A stretch of 64,000 nt of DNA from Savitreella phatthalungensis (Eukaryota), in assembly GCA_051599415.1 (NCBI GenBank), contig AP039702.1, positions 124,001 to 188,000 of the forward strand. The letters run 5' to 3'. Of the stretch, positions 57,306 to 64,000 are shown one piece after another. Every line of letters starts with the position of its first letter. Positions within the stretch are counted from its first letter, which is position 1. The position numbers and the translations under genes are program-made. Under the pieces are notes generated by a model that made no database searches, had not been told where the DNA came from, and worked only from the letters and a program-made list of their open reading frames with translations.

Positions 57306-58634
57306 ATGACATCCTCAGATCCACGTTACGGCGACGATGAGCCTAGAGTCGACCAGGCAATTCTCGGCGAGCCAATCACTCTGCCATTCTCTGGCAAGGT
57401 GGCAAAGACGCGTTTCATGAAGGCGGCCATGACAGAACGTCTCTCATCATGGGACCAGCATGACCCTACAAAGCGTGGTACACCTTCAAAGACCCTCAAC
57501 CAGCTATACGAGGCATGGGGCAAGGATGCCTTCGGTATTATTCTCTCAGGCAATCTCCTCGTCTCTCCGATCGACCTCGAGGCACCAGGAAACATGGTCC
57601 TCTCACGTGACACCATGAGCGAAGAGAAGCTCGAGGCATTCAGAGAGCAGGTCAAGCTTGCAAAGGCAAATGGCTCGCTCTACATTGCTCAACTCTCCCA
57701 CGGCGGACGTCAGGTCGCCTCTATCGTGCGTGAGACCCCGGTTTCTGCATCAGATGTCAAGCTTGACGACCGCATGGGTCTCTCTTTTGGAAAGCCAGAG
57801 CCCCTCTCTCGCGAGGGTATTCGCAACGTCATTGACCAGTTTGCGTTTGCAGCAGAGCAGTGCCACGCTGTCGGATTTGACGGTATTGAGCTTCACTGTG
57901 CTCACGGTTACTTGCTCTCACAATTTCTCTCGCCGACCACCAACCTGCGTACGGACGAGTACGGCGGCTCGCTCGAGAACAGGTCGCGTATCCTGTTTGA
58001 AATTTACGACGAGATCAAGAAGCGCGTCAAGGATGACAGCTTCTCACTGAGTATCAAGATGAACTCTGTCGAATTCCAGGACAAGGGCTTCTCTTCCGAA
58101 GATGCTGTCCTCGTGGCCGAGAAGCTGGAGCAGGCTGGTGTCGACTTTATTGAATTGTCCGGCGGCACGTATGAGCAACTCGGCTTCAAGAAGCGCGAGT
58201 CGACTGTAAAGCGTGAAGCCTACTTCCTCGACTTTGCCAACATGATCCGACCAAAGCTGCAGAAGACAAAGGTCTTCGTGACTGGAGGATTCCGCAGCGG
58301 TCGTGCGATGGTGGAAGCTGTTCAGGAGAAGGCCACAGACGGTGTCGGACTCGGCCGTCCAGTCGCGAGTGACTTCACCCTCTGTGCCGACCTGATCAGC
58401 AACAAGGTCGCCGGCGCCAAGCAGGCCCTGATCGATGAGAATGACTTTGGCACCGGTAACGTCTTTGCCGGTACAGCTATGGCTCAGAAGGGTAGACGGG
58501 AGCGCACGTTCGACCTCAACAGCAAGCCGGACGTTGAAAAGTTCAGCCAGCACGTCCAGGAATTCTTCAAGAAGCAGGGCGAGGAGATGTCCAAAGGCAT
58601 CGTCTCGGCAGGCTACCCTGAAATCAAAGCTTAG
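57306..58634 (+). CDS. NADH:flavin oxidoreductase, Old Yellow Enzyme family
   Basis: 'KAAMTE', 'QLSHGGRQ', 'GFDGIELHCAHGYLLSQFLSP..N.RTDEYGGSLENR', 'ELSGGTYE'. Confidence 0.95.
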   Translation: MTSSDPRYGDDEPRVDQAILGEPITLPFSGKVAKTRFMKAAMTERLSSWDQHDPTKRGTPSKTLNQLYEAWGKDAFGIILSGNLLVSPIDLEAPGNMVLSRDTMSEEKLEAFREQVKLAKANGSLYIAQLSHGGRQVASIVRETPVSASDVKLDDRMGLSFGKPEPLSREGIRNVIDQFAFAAEQCHAVGFDGIELHCAHGYLLSQFLSPTTNLRTDEYGGSLENRSRILFEIYDEIKKRVKDDSFSLSIKMNSVEFQDKGFSSEDAVLVAEKLEQAGVDFIELSGGTYEQLGFKKRESTVKREAYFLDFANMIRPKLQKTKVFVTGGFRSGRAMVEAVQEKATDGVGLGRPVASDFTLCADLISNKVAGAKQALIDENDFGTGNVFAGTAMAQKGRRERTFDLNSKPDVEKFSQHVQEFFKKQGEEMSKGIVSAGYPEIKA

Positions 58635-59042
58635 ATCAGAGCACAAAAGTATGGAAGGTAAAAAGGATTATTAGAAGAACTAGAAGCACAGAACAGTCTA
58701 GACGATAAGAAACGCATGAACTGGACGAATTGAAGATGATCTCTGGAAGCCGTTGTCCCGTGCACGGTCCCAGGTATGAAGCTAAGTCTGTGCAGGATAT
58801 CCTCCTGTCTCCACGCATTCCGAATTCCCCCTGCATCATTTCGCGGCAGCCTGTGTGAGCATTTACGCGACTAGCCAATTTGATCTACAGCTCTGATTTC
58901 ATTCCGCTGACAGATGCACCAAATCGACCAAACGGCAATCGGCGACGACGAATTACCGCACAAAGGATAGGGAGTTTCTCCAGACCATTATCTATAACAA
59001 CGTCAGCGCCTAAGTATTGGTCACATCAATCGTCAGAGGACC

Positions 59043-59409
59043 ATGAGCACAGTAAGACTTTACGACTCAAGCCCTTCCCGAGATCTCTACTGACCTTCGA
59101 TCCTAGCCGTCAAACGTAGACACTGGCTACGGCAACGAAGCAGCAAATGTACCGGATTACTCCACTCTAGCTGAGCGCGAAGGAGGTGACCGCGAAGGTG
59201 CCTTTGTCTCGTCCACGTCACCACGTATCCCGCAGGGGATATCCGACGAGGACGAGGAGAACACGCCCTCACGCACACACCTGACTTCCGACGCAGCGAA
59301 CGCAGCGGCCTCGCTCGCCGATCAATCCGGCAGACCGGACATGCTCCGTGCTCCATCGAGCTACGCTGGTCGCGCTCCCACATCAGGAGACTACGAACGT
59401 ACGTCGTGA
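59043..59409 (+). CDS. Two-exon small hydrophilic protein, 103 aa (exons 59043-59051, 59107-59409)
   Basis: TATA-like element near 58993, ATG AGC ACA, GTAAGA donor, TACTGAC branch, TAG acceptor, then a 101-codon open frame. Not present in the ORF track. Confidence 0.7.
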
Positions 59410-59820
59410 TTCCGCAAGACTCCTCAATCCTACTTCCTCGACGATGCACGACCCCATAGACGACACGCCACACGTACCGACGCAGCACAGTTCGTTTTCA
59501 AATCTTTCACGCTGTCAAATCGCCCGCTCACTCTGCCGTCCTTCCCTCTCAGAGTTCTGTGTCAGTGGCATGCCATACATGATCATCACGTGGCCAACGT
59601 CCTCGTCCTGCTTGTGTCTGAACCTCGAAAGGCCCCACTCAAAGAATGTCCCTTCCAGACTGGACCACCAGCAGGCACAAGCACCGAGCGTCCACGGTGT
59701 CGGTATGTGCTGCCTGCTGGACTCTCTGGGTCGGAAAGTCGGAAGCGGAGTGACGATCAATCCCAGCGTGTTGTGTGATGAAGATGTGTGTGCTATCTCG
59801 TTATGGTTGACTGTGTCTCT

Positions 59821-60453
59821 ATGAATTCCACCATTATCTCGAGTGAAGCTGAAGACCCTTTGCATACACAAGCAGGCGGAGGCAGACACTGACTTTGTTT
59901 CGCCTTAGACGTCGATCTTGATGAACTCGACGTCTGCACCAAACTGCAATCACATCTGGACGCTTTCGGTACCCAGATGTACTCTTGTCTCCACTATCTG
60001 AACACACGCCACGATCTGAAGTCGTTCCCGCAACAGCCCAAAGCAGTGTATGTCCAGCTTCTCTGCTTCGTGTACTTGTTCTCAGCCTGCTGACCGAGCT
60101 TCCGCACACAGACTCACCGATCGGGATCCACTCCATCCTGCGTCACAAGCAGAATTCAACCAGAGCCTTACAGAACTCGCCCGAGACTTGACTTCACAGG
60201 TCAAGTTGATCGAAGCTCTTGCACTCAATCTGCCTGGTCGTGGTAGATCTCAGGAAGACCAGGAGGCAGAACTCCGGGAACTGCAGAAAGAGCTAGCTCA
60301 ACTTGCGAGCGCAAAAAAACAAGCCGTCGCTCGCAGAGACGATGTGTGCGATCAGCTTCAGAAAACCATCATTGCGTAAGTCACTTCTGATCGGACATTC
60401 ATGTTTCAGGCCATTCTAATATCACCAACAGATACGGTGCTCAGTTGCGGTGA
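59821..60453 (+). CDS. MED21: Mediator subunit 21 (Srb7), spliced
   Basis: Exons 59909-60047 ('DVCTKLQSHLDAFGTQMYSCLHYL') and 60112-60375 ('ELARDL...IEAL..NLPG...EDQ') joined by a GTATGT..CTGAC..CAG intron; last exon 60432-60453. First exon 59821-59842 is tentative (weak GTGAAG donor). Confidence 0.85.
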
Positions 60454-60496
60454 GAACGTTTGGGATTTGTTACCAGGTCCATCATGATTGTCTATG

Positions 60497-61375
60497 CTAC
60501 TCAGGCCGACGGTAGAGGGAGGATGCGCCAGCACCAGCCTGGTGTGATGGGAAGATGAGCTGTTCTGCAATGACGACGTTCTGCGGGCGAGAGAGCGCGA
60601 ACACAACAGCCTCTGCGATATCCTGCGGCGTGAGTGGCGTGACGCCCTTGTAGATTGCGTCCGCCTTGGCCTTGTCACCCCTCATCCGCACAACGCTGAA
60701 CTCCGTCTCGACCTGTCCGGGATCGACCTGCATCACCCTCACAGGCGTCGAGATCATCTCCTTCAGGAGCGACTTTGTGAATGCAGCAACGGCAGACTTC
60801 GTAGCACAGTAGATACTGCCGCCAGGGTACGGCTCTCTCCCTGCGATCGATCCAATGTTTAGCACGTCACCCTTACCGCGAGACAGCATCCCAGGAAGCA
60901 CCTTCTGCGTCAAGTGAATCAGTCCCAGCACATTCACACCGACCATCGACGCCACCTCCTCTGGCTTGATCTCACCGACCTTGTCATTCCCAAGCACGAA
61001 GCCTGCGTTGTTGACTAGCACGTCGATCTGTGCGAACTTGTCCGGCAGCGAGGCGAGCGCATTGTCGATCGCCCCTGTGTTTCCAACATCCATCGCCACA
61101 GTGTGCACCTCGACGTTCGACCCTGCACTTGCGAGCTCCCGAGCCAATTTGTCCAGCACATCCTTACGGCGGGCTCCCAGCACCAGCCGGATGCTCTCGC
61201 CCCGAGCCTGAGACACTAACTCCTCAGCAGTAGCCTTGCCAATACCACTAGACGCACCGGTGATCAAGTACGTCTTCCCACCAAGGCGTTTCGACACAGC
61301 ACTCATCTTGCGGATACTTTGTGTGCTTGTAACTGAAGATGAGATCGTTTGGGTGAATGCTCTTTTAAGGAGCAT
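60497..61375 (-). CDS. NADP-dependent 3-hydroxy acid dehydrogenase (YMR226C/YdfG-like SDR)
   Basis: 'ITGASSGIG', 'LVNNAG', 'GSIAGREPYPGGSIYCATK', 'PGQVETEFSVVR.RGD'. Starts at 61375 or 61306. Confidence 0.92.
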   Translation of the reverse strand: MLLKRAFTQTISSSVTSTQSIRKMSAVSKRLGGKTYLITGASSGIGKATAEELVSQARGESIRLVLGARRKDVLDKLARELASAGSNVEVHTVAMDVGNTGAIDNALASLPDKFAQIDVLVNNAGFVLGNDKVGEIKPEEVASMVGVNVLGLIHLTQKVLPGMLSRGKGDVLNIGSIAGREPYPGGSIYCATKSAVAAFTKSLLKEMISTPVRVMQVDPGQVETEFSVVRMRGDKAKADAIYKGVTPLTPQDIAEAVVFALSRPQNVVIAEQLIFPSHQAGAGASSLYRRPE

Positions 61376-61583
61376 ACACACAATGACCGGCTTGAGGCTC
61401 CGTGTCAAAGCATAGTCATGACGCTGCGTCACTCGGTCTCCGGTCGAGTGTATGCACAGCAGGTAATCCACATCGGTCGATCGATTAATATCGATTGACA
61501 ATTCCGGGGATACAGTATGTCAGAGTCAATCATTGAACGTACACGTGATTCCATTCATACTGTGAATATATATGAGGAGGAGA

Positions 61584-63094
61584 TTAGTAGAGTGACTGCA
61601 CGCGCAAGTACATCTTCAACGTCTCCATGTCCAACGACTCAGCATCAACTGACTCGACAATCGGAGTCGCTGACGTTTGTCTAGTATCTTGACTGTGAGA
61701 TTGTTGAAGATAGTGACTCAGCTTGCCTTGAAAGCTGAGCCAGAGCGCTTCGTCCGAGCAGATGAATCGGTGCAACTGTGCTTGTCCTGCAGCTGCCACG
61801 CGGATGGCAATCCCAAGAACAATCGGATCCGCTTGAGTGGTAGACTTGTCTTCAAACCCACCACGACGCCGAGCAGCCCGAGACCAAGTGTCGCGTCGGA
61901 TTCCCATCCACACAATCCTGTCACCTTCATCTTCATCATCGTCGTCAGTCTCTCCGCGACCACGGCGCTTACCCAATCGCTGTCTGTGGACTAGCCATGG
62001 GACCGTGATTGACTGAGCAAAATCCGTCAAGCAAGCAATTCCTTCTCCTTGACTCAAATTGTGTAGATCGAGCGCGTACGAGGCTCTTGCTGGCAGGCTG
62101 GCGGCAAGTGCTGGTGTCGTGGAAGCCCTTGCGAGAGCGTCAGGCAGCCTGCAAGGCAAGAAGCTCCAGACGAGTATCCAGCGCTTTGTGACGCCCGGCT
62201 GAAAGTCAGCTATCCCATAGCTCGTCACACCAACCTCTTTGAGCACCTCTACCAGTGCAACAACGCTTGAACTCTTCCCGAGCAACGTCGTGTACCACAT
62301 CGCCCCACCGCCACCATCCCGACACCGAACGCTCTCGTCGATCAAACGGCGTGTAAACCCAATCTCACCACCACCAGTCACAAGCTCGCAACTAGCAGCC
62401 TGCAGCTTGCCTCTGGGTCCTCTAGACTTCCGAGACTCAAGCTCGTCCATCTCGTTCTGGGAACTGTAGAAAGGCGGATTGCACATGGTGAATGTGAGTT
62501 GTCCGGGTAGATCGTGCATGCAAGCTAAGAACGGCTCATCAGCGGTCACTTTGTGGAGCGTGATTTGAGTCTGCAGACGATTGCGAGCGATACACTGCGC
62601 TGCGTGTGCGTGTGAGCGGTCGTCGGCTTCAGAGGCGTGGATATGCCATCCTGGATTCCGACGGGCCAAGAGCGCAGCGTAGACTGCATAGGCTCCTGTT
62701 CCGATGTCGAGTCCTGCGATTGACGATACAGGCAAATCAAGCACCGCTCTCGCAAATCCAACCAGGCACTCGATCCACCGCACGTAAGCCAGCCGGCTAG
62801 GCACCGTCGGGCACAGTCGATCTTCCACCAGCTCAATCTCGAGATCAAAATCACGTCGTAGTAAAACCTTCGTCACCAACCTTCCCACCAAACCATTCCC
62901 ACCTCCAAAATCCAGACGGCCTCGATCACCAGCACTACATCAACCGTCAGCATGAATACGCAGACAAGTAGAATTGGAGGTTGCTATGCATACAGGTCAC
63001 GGAGTTCCAGTTCTTCTTCTACCAGTTGGGCGAAATCCACAGGGGACGTAGCGTAATCAACATCACGAGCATGCAGCAGCCTCTGACGATCCAT
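61584..63094 (-). CDS. METTL16: U6 snRNA m6A methyltransferase (METTL16/Mtl16, RlmF/DUF890 family), two exons
   Basis: 'LCPTVPSRLAYV.WI', 'GLDIGTGA', catalytic 'MCNPPFY', 'GGEIGF', 'WYTTLLGK'. Exon 1 63094-62994 is joined by a 59 nt GTATGC..CTGAC..TAG intron (62993-62935). Confidence 0.92.
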
Positions 63095-63233
63095 CGATAG
63101 AGATGAAGCTCTCTAATAAGCATGGCAAGTCACTGACTCAAGCAACTCCAAGGACATGAAGATTCTTTGTAGACCTGTTCAAGAAAGGTGGTAGCATATC
63201 GTGCATCCACAGTCCTGTTGACGTTCGGTCTCG

Positions 63234-63345
63234 ATTCTAGAAATGAATTTCTAAGAACTTCTGGAAAATTCATTACAAATTCATGAATTTCATCTACAGT
63301 TTCTAATAATTCTGGAAATTTTGTAATGAAATTCTATGAATTTTT
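63234..63345. promoter_or_regulatory. Heat shock element cluster
   Basis: Perfect cTTCt-gGAAa-aTTCa at 63258-63272 plus several two-unit TTCnnGAA sites, upstream of the HSP110 gene. Confidence 0.8.
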
Positions 63346-63703
63346 CATCTAAATTATACATTTGGCAGATGCACGCAACGGTCACAGCCTCTGACACATG
63401 CGCCAGGATACACACTCACTGCTCACACGCAAACACACACAGGAAAAAAAGAGTTACGTCTACACAACCAAAGTCCTTACCACATAGACTAAAAAAGAGG
63501 GAGACTTCCATCTCTACGCTCATTCAATAATCAAAGGTCAACCAGGTGACTTTACCTCTAGACTTCAATCTCAGCATCCAGTCACATTCAAAAACTAGAC
63601 TGTCAGAGCACTCCTAACTCCCCTCGCATCACTTCTTCCCCTTCATCTTTCATCAGGAACGTAAACTTTTCATCGACCTTTACCCCTCAATCTACTGTTC
63701 GCC

Positions 63704-64000
63704 ATGTCTGTCGTCGGTATTGATCTCGGCTCGGCAACAACAGTCGTCGCAGTTGCACGCAACCGTGGTATCGACGTCATCACCAACGAAGTTTCCAACC
63801 GAGCAACACCTACCCTTGTCGGATTCGCTACAAAGAACAGGACACTCGGTGAGCCAGCAAAGACAAATGAGATCTCAAACTTCAAGAACACCGTCGGTCA
63901 GATGAAGCGTATCATTGGCAGGCGTGCAGACGACCCAGAAATCCTCGAGATCGAGTCAAAGTACATCTCTGCTCAGCTCGTCGATGCCGGAAACGGTCAG
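63704..64000 (+). CDS. SSE1: Hsp110 (Sse1/Pss1/Hsp88) chaperone, 5' part, truncated by window end
   Basis: MSVVGIDLGSATTVVAVARNRGIDVITNEVSNRATPTLVGF...; open to the window edge. Confidence 0.93.
   Translation, partial: MSVVGIDLGSATTVVAVARNRGIDVITNEVSNRATPTLVGFATKNRTLGEPAKTNEISNFKNTVGQMKRIIGRRADDPEILEIESKYISAQLVDAGNGQ

Noticed and set aside
58044..58646. 200 aa minus-strand ORF
   Set aside because: Antisense shadow of the OYE-family gene.
59087..59889. Minus-strand ORFs or a structured ncRNA (RNase P/MRP, telomerase)
   Set aside because: No conserved RNA signature or telomeric template seen; much of the region is explained by the spliced plus-strand gene and MED21.

Overview
Gene-dense, intron-poor eukaryotic (fungal, ascomycete) chromosomal segment. 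The yeast-like gene set, short 55-66 nt introns with CTRAY branch points and Msy-type MscS channel suggest Taphrinomycotina; this lineage call is an inference. About 34 protein genes are present, mostly housekeeping: SEC62, L2HGDH, GRE2-like reductase, NUP120, MCM3, LSC2, CAT2, ERG5, IMH1-like golgin, La, RCH1, MFAP1, CTF8, MscS, PLPBP, GGT, OYE-family reductase, MED21, an SDR, METTL16 and a partial HSP110. Highlights: (1) a complete 1.92 kb pogo/Fot1-type DNA transposon (32 bp TIRs, TA target duplication) inactivated by C:G>T:A transitions that all appear to fall at CpG, including DDD-region acidic residues and a CGA>TGA stop, suggesting a CpG-directed RIP-like or methylation-deamination defence; (2) a small uncharacterised protein carrying the motifs of the cyanobacterial nuclease inhibitor NuiA; (3) a two-box, 14-Cys metallothionein; (4) a PIR-like wall protein with an unusual Trp/Pro/Cys-rich insert; (5) small spliced genes missed or fragmented by the ORF track. 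All calls come from reading the sequence by eye; no database searches were run.
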